From positions 3,496-67,495 of the forward strand of contig JAATGL010000190.1 in the NCBI GenBank assembly GCA_015654705.1: a stretch of DNA of 64,000 nt, written 5' to 3'. Origin of the DNA: Alphaproteobacteria bacterium. GTDB lineage: Bacteria > Pseudomonadota > Alphaproteobacteria > Micropepsales > Micropepsaceae. Positions 48,066 to 58,054 of the stretch are shown piece by piece (positions within the stretch are counted from its first letter, which is position 1; each line of letters begins with the position of its first letter). Under the pieces are notes generated by a model, which made no database searches, was not told the DNA's origin, and saw only the letters and a program-made list of their open reading frames with translations. A program made the translations under genes and the position numbers.

Positions 48066-48878
48066 ATGAAGACCAACCCGCGTTCCGCCCCCGATGTTTC
48101 CGTCCGCGGCCTCACGCGCCGCTTCGGAGCGAATACGGTTCTGCGCGGCCTCGATCTCGATATCGAGAGCGGGGAATTCGTGGCACTGTTGGGCCGCAGC
48201 GGCTCCGGCAAGACGACGTTCCTGCGCACGCTGGCGGGCCTCGATGCGGTGACGCAGGGCGAGGTGCGCCTGCCCGCCAACCGCGCGGTGGTGTTTCAGG
48301 AACCGCGCCTGATGCCCTGGAAGAAGGTCTGGCAGAACGTGACCCTGGGGCTGACCGGAGCCGATGCACGCGGACGCGCCGTCGCGGCGCTGAAGGAAGT
48401 GGGCCTCGACCATCGCCTGGACGCGTGGCCCGCCACCTTGTCGGGCGGCGAGGCGCAGCGCGTTGCGCTGGCGCGCGCGTTGGTGCGCGAGCCCCAGCTT
48501 CTGCTGCTGGACGAGCCCTTTGCGGCATTGGACGCGCTGACGCGCATCCGGATGCACGAACTGGTGGCGGCGCTGTGGACGGTGCACAAACCCTCCGTCC
48601 TTCTGGTGACGCATGACGTGGACGAAGCCCTGCTGCTGGCCGACCGCGCCCTGGTTCTGGAGGACGGCCGTATCCGGACCGAACTGAAGATCACGCAACC
48701 CCATCCCCGCGCGCGCGCCATGATCGGCTTCTCGCTGATGCGCGCGGATCTGCTGTCTGCGCTGGGCGTCGACGTCGACGGTCCCGCGGGCATTGCGAAG
48801 CCCGCGGACACAGTCGCGTGCCGCGTGCCGGACGACGCCAAGCCCCGGCGCACCGCGCCCGTTCTACGGTCCGTCTGA
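48066..48878 (+). CDS. ssuB: Sulfonate ABC ATPase
   Basis: GRSGSGKT, VFQEPRLMPW, LSGGEAQR, DEPFAALDALTR, VTHDVDEA. Confidence 0.9.
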   Translation: MKTNPRSAPDVSVRGLTRRFGANTVLRGLDLDIESGEFVALLGRSGSGKTTFLRTLAGLDAVTQGEVRLPANRAVVFQEPRLMPWKKVWQNVTLGLTGADARGRAVAALKEVGLDHRLDAWPATLSGGEAQRVALARALVREPQLLLLDEPFAALDALTRIRMHELVAALWTVHKPSVLLVTHDVDEALLLADRALVLEDGRIRTELKITQPHPRARAMIGFSLMRADLLSALGVDVDGPAGIAKPADTVACRVPDDAKPRRTAPVLRSV

Positions 48879-48888
48879 CGGACGCGGC

Positions 48889-49866
48889 CTACGGCACATA
48901 GGCGTCGTTGAACGAACGGTCGAAGGCGAAGGCGACGTTCGGGACGTCGACGACGGCACCCGCCGCGCGATATACGGATGCCGCCTGCCCCAGCGCGGCG
49001 ACCACCGCATCGTCGATCAGAACCGGCGCGTAATTCTGCCGGCGCAGCGCGAACCGCGCGACGTCCAGCGGCAGGCCCGTCTCCTTGGTCCAGGCGATCG
49101 CATAGGCGTCCTGATGCAGCATGGCCCAGCGACGCGCCTTGGCCAGCCTTTTGAGAAAGTCGTCGAGGATCGCGCGCTTGGTCGCGATCGCGCCATTGTT
49201 CGCGGCCTGATAGCCGTAGCCGGGAAGCAGCGTCTGGCCGTTGGCGATGACGCGCGCGCCGTTCTGGACCTGCGCCAGCGCGACATAGGGATCCCAGGTC
49301 GACCACGCATCGACCGATCCGCTTTCCATGGCGGCCTTGGCGCTGCCCGGATCGAGAAAGGCGATGTTCACGTCGCGCGGCGTCAGCTTGGCCTGGGCCA
49401 GCGCTTTCAGAAGGAGATAATGCCCGATCTAACCGCGCGTCGTGCCGATCGTGTGGCCTCTGAGGTCGGCGGCGTTGTGTATGGCGGAGTTCTTCGGCAC
49501 GACGATGGCGACGCTGTCCCCCACCTTGCTGTGATAGACGGCGACAACCTTGATCGGCGAACGCGCCGCATAGGCGAAGAGGAACGGGCCGTCGCCCACG
49601 CCGCCGGTATCGATCGCGCCGGCGTTTAGCGCCTCGAGCAGCGCCTGCGCCGAGGCAAAGATGTCCCATTCGATGTGGTAAGGCAGGTTGTCGAGCGCGC
49701 CGGCGGCGGTCATCAGCGCGCGCTCCGCGCCCTTCTGGTCGCCGACCTTGAGGACGGCGCCGTCGCGCGGCGCCGCGACGGCCGGCGAAACCGCCACGCC
49801 GCACAACAGCCACACCGCAACAAACGCCCAACGCAACCCAGTTTCACGACGCATGCCCGCCTCCAT
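48889..49866 (-). pseudogene. SsuA-like substrate-binding protein interrupted by one in-frame TAG
   Basis: The two track ORFs (49429-49866, 48889-49371) share one frame: TTRG-TAG-IGHYLL, stop at 49429-49431; both halves SsuA-like (VGDQK, LLEALNAGAID.G.VGD.P, VDAWSTWDPY). Confidence 0.85.
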
Positions 49867-49969
49867 TCATTCACCGTAGCCAGTATAACCTGTTACTATA
49901 TTAAATCGATAGGATATATTGTATATAACGTCTTCACCGCGTGGAGATTTGAAAAGGCACAAACGACTC

Positions 49970-50818
49970 ATGGCGACCAATCTGCCGATGGAATTGCTCA
50001 GGAGCTTTGCCGCGATCGTCGATACGGGTTCGATGGCGAAGGCGACCGAGCGCATCTTCGTCACCCAGTCGGCGCTCAGCCTGCAGATCAAGCGGCTTGA
50101 GGAGCTGCTGCAGCGGCCGCTGTTTCTGCGCGAAGGCGCGCGCCGTCTTGTCCTTACGCCGGCCGGCCAGGAATTGATGACCTACGCCAAGCGCATCCTG
50201 GTCCTGAACGACCAGGCGGTGGTGGCGCTGCGCGGCGACGCGGTCCACGGCCCGGTGCGCGTCGGCATGGTGCAGGATTTCGCCGAGGTGCTGCTGACCG
50301 GCGTGTTGCGCCAGTTCTCGCAATTGCACCACGAGGCGCAGCTCGAAGTCCGCGCCACCGGAACCTCCGAATTGCTGGAACATCTGAAGGAGGGGCTGCT
50401 GGACGTCGTCTTGTGTGTCGCGCCGCTGGACGATCCCGGCGTGGTGCGCCGCGCCGACACGCTGTGGATCGGCCAGCCCGATCTGGCGAATGAGGCGGTG
50501 CTGCCGCTGGCCGTGCTGACCGAACCCTGCGCCTTCCGCAGCATCGCGCTGCGCACGCTGGAGAAAGCGGGCATCGCCTATCGCGTCGTGGTGCAGACGC
50601 CGCATCTGACCGGGCTGCGCGCGGCTGTTGCGGGCGGGCTGGGAATCACCTGCCGCACGGCGCTGTTCGCGAGCGGCGCCGGCACCTCCTGGATCGAACA
50701 TTCGCGACTGCCTGCGCTGCCCCAGATCGCCTACGCCCTGCGGGCGCACAATCTGGAGAACATCGCCGTCGCACGTCTCAGCGAACTGATCCGGCAGGCC
50801 GTTGTCGACCTGCCCTAG
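49970..50818 (+). CDS. LysR-family regulator
   Basis: LLRSFAAIVDTGS...TQSALSLQIKRLEE, LTPAG, VRVGMVQDF. Confidence 0.93.
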   Translation: MATNLPMELLRSFAAIVDTGSMAKATERIFVTQSALSLQIKRLEELLQRPLFLREGARRLVLTPAGQELMTYAKRILVLNDQAVVALRGDAVHGPVRVGMVQDFAEVLLTGVLRQFSQLHHEAQLEVRATGTSELLEHLKEGLLDVVLCVAPLDDPGVVRRADTLWIGQPDLANEAVLPLAVLTEPCAFRSIALRTLEKAGIAYRVVVQTPHLTGLRAAVAGGLGITCRTALFASGAGTSWIEHSRLPALPQIAYALRAHNLENIAVARLSELIRQAVVDLP

Positions 50819-50827
50819 ATCCGTGCC

Positions 50828-51922
50828 CTAGACGGCGCGCGCGGTCGGCTGCTTCTCGCGCGCGGCAACGAGCTCGCGCACCAGCGGGATCAGGTTGCGA
50901 CCATAATCCAGCGAATCCTCGTAGGGATCGAAGCCGCGGATCAGGAAGGTGGTGACGCCGAGGTCGTAATATTCGAGCAGCGCGTCCGCCACCTGCTGCG
51001 GCGTGCCCACCAGCGAGGTCGAATTGCCCTGCGCCCCCGTGACGGCGGCGACGCCCGTCCACAGACGCTGATCGAGACGGCTGCCCTGCGATGCCGCCGC
51101 GAGCAGGCGGCGCGAGCCTTCGTTCGGCGGACGGTGATCGCTGATCGGCAATCCCTGCGCCGTCCTGATTTCCTTCACCCGCGTCAGGATGCTTTCGGCG
51201 CGCGCCCAGGCCGCTTCCTCCGTCCCGGCGAGGATCGGCCGCAGCGACAGGCTGAAGCGCAGTTCGCGGCCGTGCTTGGCGGCGGCGGCGCGCAGGCGCG
51301 CGATCGTCTCGCGCACCTGGGCCTGGGTTTCGCCCCACAGCGCATAGATGTCGGCGTGTTTGCCGGCGACCGGAATAGCGGCCTCCGACGAACCGCCGAA
51401 ATAGACCGGGATGCGCGGCGGACGCACGCTCTTCACCGAGGAGAAGGCGCGCTCCACATTGTAGTATTTTCCGTGATAGTCGAACGGCTTGTCGCTGGTC
51501 CATTCCAGCTTCATGATGTCGAGATATTCGTCGGTGCGGGCGTAGCGCTCGTCCTTGGTCGTGTTGTCGCCGTCGCGCCGCATCTCGGCATCGTCGCCGC
51601 CGGTGATGATGTGCACGGCGGCGCGGCCGCCGCTGATCTGGTCGAGCGTCGCGAATTGCCGCGCGGCGATGGTGGGCGCGTTGAACCCCGGACGATGCGC
51701 GATCATCAGACCCAGCCGCGACGTCACCGAGGCCGCATAGGCGCCGATCAGGATGCTTTCGGGCGAGGCCGACCCGAAGGCGACCAGCACGCGATCGAAA
51801 TCGCCGGATTCATGCGCGCGGGCAAGTTTGGCGACATAGTCGAGATCGATGGTGGGACCCGATGGCGGCCGCGTCTCCGACACGTCCTGCGAGTGCACAA
51901 TTCCGATGAATTCGACGCCCAT
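50828..51922 (-). CDS. LLM-class flavin monooxygenase (SsuD/MsuD-like)
   Basis: AHRPGF, ARQFATLDQISGGR, YFGGSSEAA, LWGE, LVGTP.QVAD, FLIRG. Confidence 0.9.
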   Translation of the reverse strand: MGVEFIGIVHSQDVSETRPPSGPTIDLDYVAKLARAHESGDFDRVLVAFGSASPESILIGAYAASVTSRLGLMIAHRPGFNAPTIAARQFATLDQISGGRAAVHIITGGDDAEMRRDGDNTTKDERYARTDEYLDIMKLEWTSDKPFDYHGKYYNVERAFSSVKSVRPPRIPVYFGGSSEAAIPVAGKHADIYALWGETQAQVRETIARLRAAAAKHGRELRFSLSLRPILAGTEEAAWARAESILTRVKEIRTAQGLPISDHRPPNEGSRRLLAAASQGSRLDQRLWTGVAAVTGAQGNSTSLVGTPQQVADALLEYYDLGVTTFLIRGFDPYEDSLDYGRNLIPLVRELVAAREKQPTARAV

Positions 51923-51932
51923 GGCGAACCTC

Positions 51933-51957
51933 AATCTCTATAATCCCGTTAGAGATT
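51933..51957. promoter_or_regulatory. Perfect inverted repeat AATCTCTA-N9-TAGAGATT
   Basis: 10 bp upstream of monooxygenase ATG; best copy of the TCTA-N9-TAGA motif. Confidence 0.6.
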
Positions 51958-52023
51958 AGGAGGCTGAAGCCGCAGCGGGAAATTCAATCTCGAAATGCTG
52001 CCCATGAGTATTGCTACAAGCGG

Positions 52024-53598
52024 TCAGATGACCTTGAAGCCATGGGTTTGATCCCGCTCGAGCTGTGCGACGAGCCCGTATTCCCAGTCCAGATAGGCCT
52101 GCATCGCGTCGGTGGGATTGTCGGTGCCTTCATAGGGGCGGCGATAGCGGTCGATCGCCGGCGAGGCGAAATGCGTGGGCTCCCGCTCCAGCGCGAAGCC
52201 GGCGCGCGACCAGGCGCGGTTTCCGCCTTCCAGCACCCGCGCGCTGATCGCCAGCGCCTGCAGGTCGGCGGCCGCATAGCGCGCGAGCACATCGTCCTCG
52301 GAGGTGAGAACGGTGATTTCCCGCCGCGGGGCGATTTCGAAGGCGCCGAACAGCACCGAGCGAAGCGCGAACCAGGCGCCCGGGATGTGGCCCCTGGCAT
52401 AAGCGGCGCTGGGCGAAAGATCGAAGACCGTGACGCGGCCTTCGTCCTGGAGCGGCTTCAGCTCCGCCGCGGTGAGCGTGGGCACAAACGGAAAAGGCGG
52501 GCGCCGCGGGCGCCAGGGACCGGTCTCCAGGCTCGCCGCGCGAAGATCCGTATCGAGCACGCTGACATCCCAGTTCATCTGGGCCAGCCAGGACGCCGTC
52601 ATGTTCGCCCGCACCGCCGTATCGTCGGACAGCACGATCCGCGCGCCGCGCACCGGCGCGAAGACATCGGTCTCCTGCACCAATTGGCCGCCGGGGGCCG
52701 AGCGGAAGCCGGGAAGATGCCCCGCCTCATATTCCTCCGGCGTGCGGACATCGAAACGATAGGTCGTGCGGCCGTTCTCGTAGAGAAGGGACGACAATTG
52801 ATCGATGGTGACGCGCTTGACGCCGGCCCGATCGGCAAGCGCCCTGGCGCGCGCCGATGTGTCCGAATCCGCCTCGGCGTCGTCGGGAAACCGCCGCGAC
52901 TGGCCATGTTCCAGCGTCTGGCCGGCCAGGCTCCAGCCGATCGTCCCGTTGCGCAGGGCGAACACCTTGTTGGCGATGCCCGCATTGATCAGTGATTGCG
53001 TGCCGATCAGGCTGCGCGTGCGGCCGGCGCAATTCACGATCACGGTCGTGTCCTTGCCGGCGACGAGGCGGCCGGCGCGATAGACCAGCTCGCCGCCCGG
53101 AACGCTGATCCCGCCCGGAATGCTCATGGTCTGGTATTCGTCGAAGCGGCGCGCATCGAGAACGACGATATCCTCGCGGGCATCGAGCAGCGCATTGACC
53201 TCCGCGGCGGAGAGCGAGGGGGTATGTCGCTGCGCCTCGACGAGTTCGCCGAAGGCCTTGCTGGGCGTGTTGACGTCGCGGAAAATCTCGCCGCCGTCGC
53301 GGCGCCATCCCGCAAGGCCGCCTTCCAAAGCCGCCACATTGGTGTAGCCCAGCGCGGCGAATTTCGCGAAGGCCGGCGCCACGAAACCTTCGCCGTCATC
53401 GTAAAGAACGATCGGCACGGTCTTGCGCGGGAGCCGGTCCAAGACCTGCAGTTCGATCTGGCCGAGCGGCAGCGACGCGGCGAACAGCGGGTGGTGTTCC
53501 GCGAAAACGCCCTCCTCGCGCAGATCGATCAGCGCGATTTCGCGGTTGGCCGACAGGCGCTCGCGGACCGCCGCAGTCGTCTCAAGCGGAATGCGCAT
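52024..53598 (-). CDS. Four-domain rhodanese-like sulfurtransferase
   Basis: Four D(L/A/V)R...H/S.PG-like units; single Cys in NCAGRTRS active loop. Confidence 0.9.
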   Translation of the reverse strand: MRIPLETTAAVRERLSANREIALIDLREEGVFAEHHPLFAASLPLGQIELQVLDRLPRKTVPIVLYDDGEGFVAPAFAKFAALGYTNVAALEGGLAGWRRDGGEIFRDVNTPSKAFGELVEAQRHTPSLSAAEVNALLDAREDIVVLDARRFDEYQTMSIPGGISVPGGELVYRAGRLVAGKDTTVIVNCAGRTRSLIGTQSLINAGIANKVFALRNGTIGWSLAGQTLEHGQSRRFPDDAEADSDTSARARALADRAGVKRVTIDQLSSLLYENGRTTYRFDVRTPEEYEAGHLPGFRSAPGGQLVQETDVFAPVRGARIVLSDDTAVRANMTASWLAQMNWDVSVLDTDLRAASLETGPWRPRRPPFPFVPTLTAAELKPLQDEGRVTVFDLSPSAAYARGHIPGAWFALRSVLFGAFEIAPRREITVLTSEDDVLARYAAADLQALAISARVLEGGNRAWSRAGFALEREPTHFASPAIDRYRRPYEGTDNPTDAMQAYLDWEYGLVAQLERDQTHGFKVI

Positions 53599-54224
53599 CA
53601 ACCGCTCGCAAGCTCGGCCGAGCGGTCCCAGAGATTGGGCAGCGCCGTGTTCGAATAGCCGGAGATGAACAATTTCGCTTCGCCGCCCGGCTGAAACGTC
53701 GAACGCCGCACAGCGCCGATATTGGCGCCATAGACGTGAATGCTGACCGACACGCGATCGCCGAACGCATTGCGGACCCGGTGAATGTCGCCGATCTCGG
53801 GCGACACGCTATCGATGGCGCCGCGCGGCAGGCGCTCCTCCTCGCCGTCCGGTTCGAGCCGGGCGCCCTGCCATGCATAACGCTGCGACCGCTCGGCGCC
53901 GCGCAGAACGCCGACCAGGCCCCAGACGGTGTGGTTGTGGATCGGCGTTTCCTGCCCCGCCCCCCAGACGAAACTCACCACCGAAAAACGCTCCTCCGCA
54001 TCGCAATACAGAAGATATTGCTGATAGCGTTCGGGTTTCGCCTGGGCATAGGCGTCGGGCAGCCAGTCGTCATGGGCGATTAGATGCGACAGGATCGCCT
54101 GGCCTTCGCGCAGCGTCTCGGCCTGCGAGTTCGAGATCCGGACCAGGCGTCCGAATTCCGTCACCGCATGCCGCAGCCGCGAAATATTCCGGTCGGACGC
54201 GGACGCATGTGCCGTCACGGTCAA
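53598..54224 (-). CDS. Thiol dioxygenase (CDO / 3-mercaptopropionate dioxygenase, Gln-type)
   Basis: YQQYLLY, TPIHNHTVWG, DIHRV, SIHVYG: 3-His site with Gly at the cross-link Cys position. Confidence 0.88.
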   Translation of the reverse strand: MTVTAHASASDRNISRLRHAVTEFGRLVRISNSQAETLREGQAILSHLIAHDDWLPDAYAQAKPERYQQYLLYCDAEERFSVVSFVWGAGQETPIHNHTVWGLVGVLRGAERSQRYAWQGARLEPDGEEERLPRGAIDSVSPEIGDIHRVRNAFGDRVSVSIHVYGANIGAVRRSTFQPGGEAKLFISGYSNTALPNLWDRSAELASG

Positions 54225-56770
54225 AGCGCTCCAAGCTTCAGGCTAAGACGGGTATAATAGAATCCGCCGCTGATGCCAAAGGGTGAGAAATTCCCGTATT
54301 GGCCCATGCCCGTATTGGCGTCGACGGGACCGATCTTGTCGGGATAGGTGTCGAAGAGATTGTCCGCGCCGACCGTCAGAGCCACCGTTTCGTTGACATT
54401 GTAGGTGACAGCGAGGTTGGCGATCCATTTCGGCGTATAGGTGCGGTCGCTGGCGGCCGCCGGATTGACGGCCGGATCGACGGTGCCGCGCTCCGTGTAG
54501 GAGCCGTACCGCGTCACTTGCAGATGAACCCCGAAATCGCGGTAGAGCCAGTCGCCGGTGAAGAGCAGCTTGCTCTTCGGCGTGGCGAGGGTGAGATCGC
54601 CCTCCCGCTGATAGCCGACCAGCGCGATGCCATGCCCCTGCAAAACGGGGGGCGTTGCGTTGAGATTGGTGATCTCGGTCTGGTTCCAGGAATAGGCTGT
54701 GCTGAGCGTCAGGCCGCCGTAATCGCTCAGATCCATCGCGTAGTCGGCCACCGCATCCAGGCCGCGCGTGCGCGTGGAAACGGCGTTCGTGTAATATTGA
54801 ATGATCGTGTCCGGCGTCAGGCCGTATGGCTCGATGATGGAGTTGACGAAATTCTGCTGGGGGCTGCCCGGCAGGCCGCCGATATTGCCGCTCAGCAGGA
54901 TGCGGTTGTGGACGTTGATCTGGTAGGCATCGACCGACAGATCGAGATTCTGGATGGGCTGGGCGGTGATGCCGGCGCTGTAGTTCTGCGACTGCTCCGG
55001 CTTGAGCGGCGTGGCGCCCAGCGCGATCGCGGCCGGCCGGTTCACGGGAAGGACCTGCAATTCGTAAATGTCGTTGACGCCGGTCAGCGCGTTGTATTGT
55101 CCGTTGAAGGTCGGCGTCGAGAAGATCTCCTGCGCGAGCGAGGGGGCGCGGAACCCGTTGCTCACCGTTCCGCGCAACGCATAGCCGGGGAAAAATTCGT
55201 AGCGCGTCGTGACCTTGCCGCTCTTCGCGTCGCCGGAACTGTCGGTGTAGTGCTCAAAGCGTCCCGCCGCGCCAACATACCAATTGTCGGTGATGTTGGT
55301 GCCGAGATCGACATAGCCCGCGAAATTGTTGCGCTCGATCTGGCCTGCGTCTCCCGGCGCCGCCGCCGCATAGGACGCAAGACCGGGAATCGGATTGAGC
55401 CCGGCATGGGGCTGCCCGGGCGGGATCACATAGTTGCCGATCTCATAGGCGAGCGGATCGCCGGCGCCGATTTGAAACCATTCGTAGCGGTGCTCTATAC
55501 CGAACGACACGTCGAGCGGCGCGGCAAGGCCGATGGCGAAGGGGCGCGTGACGTCCAGCGTGTTGGTCCATTGCTGGAAATCATGACGGCTCAGATGGAA
55601 TGCGGTCGGACTTGACGGTCCGAGCGTGGCATTGAGCGTTCCACGTCCGTCCAGGTTGGCATAATCCTGGGCGAAGCTGGTGCTCAGATCCCAGTTCCAG
55701 CCTGCCAGTTCGCCCTTGCCGCCCCAGGTCGTCTGGAAATCATATTCGTTGATCACGCGGTAGGCCTGAAAGCCGTTGGGATAGATTTCCGGCAGCGAAT
55801 TGATGTTCGACGGCAGGAAGCTGCCGGTGTTTTTCTGCGTGTAGCGGTGGCTGGCCGTGGTGAACGAGTAAAGGGTGACGTCCGGATCGAGCGGCAGTTC
55901 CGCATTGTAGGACAGGCTGCCGATCTTGTCGTCCGCGCCGCCATAGGGATGGCCGAACGCCGTGCGGTCGATCGTTGCCTCGCGCGGATCGGGCGAGCCG
56001 TCGGGCAGAAGATTGTAAAGATGCGCCGTTGTTGCTGCTTCGTTGCGGTACCACGGCGCGCTGGAGCGCACATCGAGCGCGAAATTGAAGAAGCCGTCCT
56101 TCGGCAAGGGCACGCCGTAATCCGCCGCCTCGTGGGCGCTGAAACCGTCGCCCTGGTAGTTGAGCCCGACGGTCGAGTTGGATTCGCCGCCATCGGCGCC
56201 GTCCTTGAGAATGATGTTGATCACGCCGGCGATGGCGTCCGAGCCGTATTGCGCGGCCGCACCGTCGCGCAGCACCTCCACATGGTCGATGGCCGCGACC
56301 GGTATCAGGTCGAGATCGACCGGCACGCCGCCATTGCCGACGCGCGCCAGATTGTTGATCAGCGCCGTGGTATGACGCCGCTTGCCGTTGATCAGATAAA
56401 GCACCTGGTCGCCGTTCAGGCCGCGGATCGTTGTCGCGCGCACCGCCCATGACGTTCCGCCGCCATTGACACCGGGCAGGTTGAACGACGGAATCAGCGA
56501 CTGAAACACTTCCTTCAGCGCACCGCGGCCGTTCTCCTGCAACTGCCGGCCGCTGACCACGTCGATCGGGACGGGACTGTCGGCCAATGTCCGCCGCTCC
56601 CTGCCGCGAACGCCGGTCACGACCACGGTCTCGGTGGCCGAATTCGCCGCGAGATCCCTGTCGGAATTTTCGGCGGTCTGTTGCTGGGCCTGCGCGGATG
56701 CTGCACCCAGCCCGAGCGCGGTCAGTGCCGTGAATGTGAGGAGAAAACGATGTTTGGCGTGAATGCTCAT
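54221..56770 (-). CDS. TonB-dependent receptor (organosulfur context)
   Basis: ETVVVTG, INGKRRH, EVLRDGAAAQYGSDAIAGVINIILK, GFRAPSL, LKPEQS; TTGA-coupled to thiol dioxygenase. Confidence 0.93.
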   Translation of the reverse strand: MSIHAKHRFLLTFTALTALGLGAASAQAQQQTAENSDRDLAANSATETVVVTGVRGRERRTLADSPVPIDVVSGRQLQENGRGALKEVFQSLIPSFNLPGVNGGGTSWAVRATTIRGLNGDQVLYLINGKRRHTTALINNLARVGNGGVPVDLDLIPVAAIDHVEVLRDGAAAQYGSDAIAGVINIILKDGADGGESNSTVGLNYQGDGFSAHEAADYGVPLPKDGFFNFALDVRSSAPWYRNEAATTAHLYNLLPDGSPDPREATIDRTAFGHPYGGADDKIGSLSYNAELPLDPDVTLYSFTTASHRYTQKNTGSFLPSNINSLPEIYPNGFQAYRVINEYDFQTTWGGKGELAGWNWDLSTSFAQDYANLDGRGTLNATLGPSSPTAFHLSRHDFQQWTNTLDVTRPFAIGLAAPLDVSFGIEHRYEWFQIGAGDPLAYEIGNYVIPPGQPHAGLNPIPGLASYAAAAPGDAGQIERNNFAGYVDLGTNITDNWYVGAAGRFEHYTDSSGDAKSGKVTTRYEFFPGYALRGTVSNGFRAPSLAQEIFSTPTFNGQYNALTGVNDIYELQVLPVNRPAAIALGATPLKPEQSQNYSAGITAQPIQNLDLSVDAYQINVHNRILLSGNIGGLPGSPQQNFVNSIIEPYGLTPDTIIQYYTNAVSTRTRGLDAVADYAMDLSDYGGLTLSTAYSWNQTEITNLNATPPVLQGHGIALVGYQREGDLTLATPKSKLLFTGDWLYRDFGVHLQVTRYGSYTERGTVDPAVNPAAASDRTYTPKWIANLAVTYNVNETVALTVGADNLFDTYPDKIGPVDANTGMGQYGNFSPFGISGGFYYTRLSLKLGAL

Positions 56771-56965
56771 GTCCCCTGCTTTCGATGCGAACCGCCGGAA
56801 TCGGCGAATTGATCCAACCTTCCGCACGGCGATTTGCGGTCGCCCTGTGGACGCGTTCCCCTTGGCGCCGCCCCCCCAATGTGATGACGGCACTGAATTT
56901 ATATTATGTCTATCTGTTTACTATTGTATGATAGGAGAAACGTTGCACTGCGGTAAAATGAGACT

Positions 56966-57028
56966 TTCTCAAGAGGACATTGAGAACGTCGCGGAACTCT
57001 TGCGGGTTCCTCACGGCGATATTGAGAA
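56966..57028. promoter_or_regulatory. Tandem palindromic sites upstream of TauD-like gene
   Basis: TTCTCAA-N7-TTGAGAA (56966-56986) and TCCTCAC-N7-TTGAGAA (57008-57028), 42 bp apart. Confidence 0.6.
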
Positions 57029-57121
57029 GTTCTGATTGGCGCCGCCGCGTGGCACGACGCTTAATCGCCGCAGTCACGGATCGACAGCCGTGAAAACCCC
57101 ACCACCAAGGAAGGAGACTCC

Positions 57122-57976
57122 ATGAGCTCGGCCGCCCTTAAAGTTCAAAGCGAGAAAAGTCAGCTCTCCGCGCAAAAGCTAAGCCCCGTGATCGGTGCGG
57201 AGGTCAGCGGCGTCGATTTGCGCCAGCCCCTGTCGCCCGAAACGCGCGACGAACTGCATCAGCTTCTGCTGGCGCACAAGGTCCTGTTCTTCCGCAACCA
57301 GGACATTTCCTACGAACAGCATCTGGCCTTCGCGCGCAATTTCGGCGAACTCTACGACCACCCGACCGGCGGACTGGACAAATACCGCACCATCCAGCCG
57401 ATCGATGCGCGCGAATTCGTCAAGCACGGCTACGATCTGCGGAAGAACCACTGGCATACCGACACGAGCTGGCGGCTGAACCCGTCTTTCGGCGCGGTGC
57501 TGCGGGCGGCGGACATTCCGGATGTCGGCGGCGACACGATCTGGGCCAATGGCGGCGAGATCCTGCGCGGCATGCCGGCGGATCTGCGCGAACAGATCGA
57601 CTCCCTCTACGTCATCCACGATTACCAGGACGCGCTGAAGAAGTCGGGCGTCCGCTATCCGCTGGTGGCGCATCCGATCATCCGCACCCATCCCGAGACG
57701 GGCGAGGACATCTTCTGGGTCAATTGGAGCCTGAAGCCGCGCATCGTCGATCTCGATCGCGCGGAAAGCGACGCCCTGCTGGCGCGCCTCTATGACGAAG
57801 TGAAGCGGCCGGAATACCAGGTCCGCTTCCGCTGGCAGAAGCACTCGGTGGCGTTCTGGGACAACCGCGCCGCTCTGCATTATGCCGTGCGCGACTACGG
57901 CGATTATCCGCGCGTCATGGAACGCGTGCTGATCGGCAGCAACGACATCCCCTATCGCGTGCGGCCGCAAGCCTGA
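57122..57976 (+). CDS. TauD/AtsK-family Fe(II)/2-oxoglutarate dioxygenase
   Basis: IGAEVSGVDL, HKVLFFR.Q, WHTD, GGDT, HP.TG, FWDNR...HYA. Confidence 0.93.
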   Translation: MSSAALKVQSEKSQLSAQKLSPVIGAEVSGVDLRQPLSPETRDELHQLLLAHKVLFFRNQDISYEQHLAFARNFGELYDHPTGGLDKYRTIQPIDAREFVKHGYDLRKNHWHTDTSWRLNPSFGAVLRAADIPDVGGDTIWANGGEILRGMPADLREQIDSLYVIHDYQDALKKSGVRYPLVAHPIIRTHPETGEDIFWVNWSLKPRIVDLDRAESDALLARLYDEVKRPEYQVRFRWQKHSVAFWDNRAALHYAVRDYGDYPRVMERVLIGSNDIPYRVRPQA

Positions 57977-58003
57977 CGGACAAGCGCGCCCGTCGGCCCG
58001 AAG

Positions 58004-58043
58004 CGAGCCCCGGACCTTCCCAGGTCCGGGGCTCGTTTCGTTT
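58004..58043 (+). terminator. Intrinsic terminator
   Basis: CGAGCCCCGGACCT-TCCC-AGGTCCGGGGCTCG then TTTCGTTT, between convergent genes. Confidence 0.85.
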
Positions 58044-58054
58044 AGCGATGAAGC

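Noticed and set aside
49429-49431. Pyrrolysine or genome-wide TAG recoding
   Set aside because: No pyl genes in window and many intact genes here end at TAG.
57050-57065. Sigma54 promoter TGGCACGACGCTTAAT
   Set aside because: -24 matches but -12 reads AA instead of GC, and the palindromes are only ~20 bp away.
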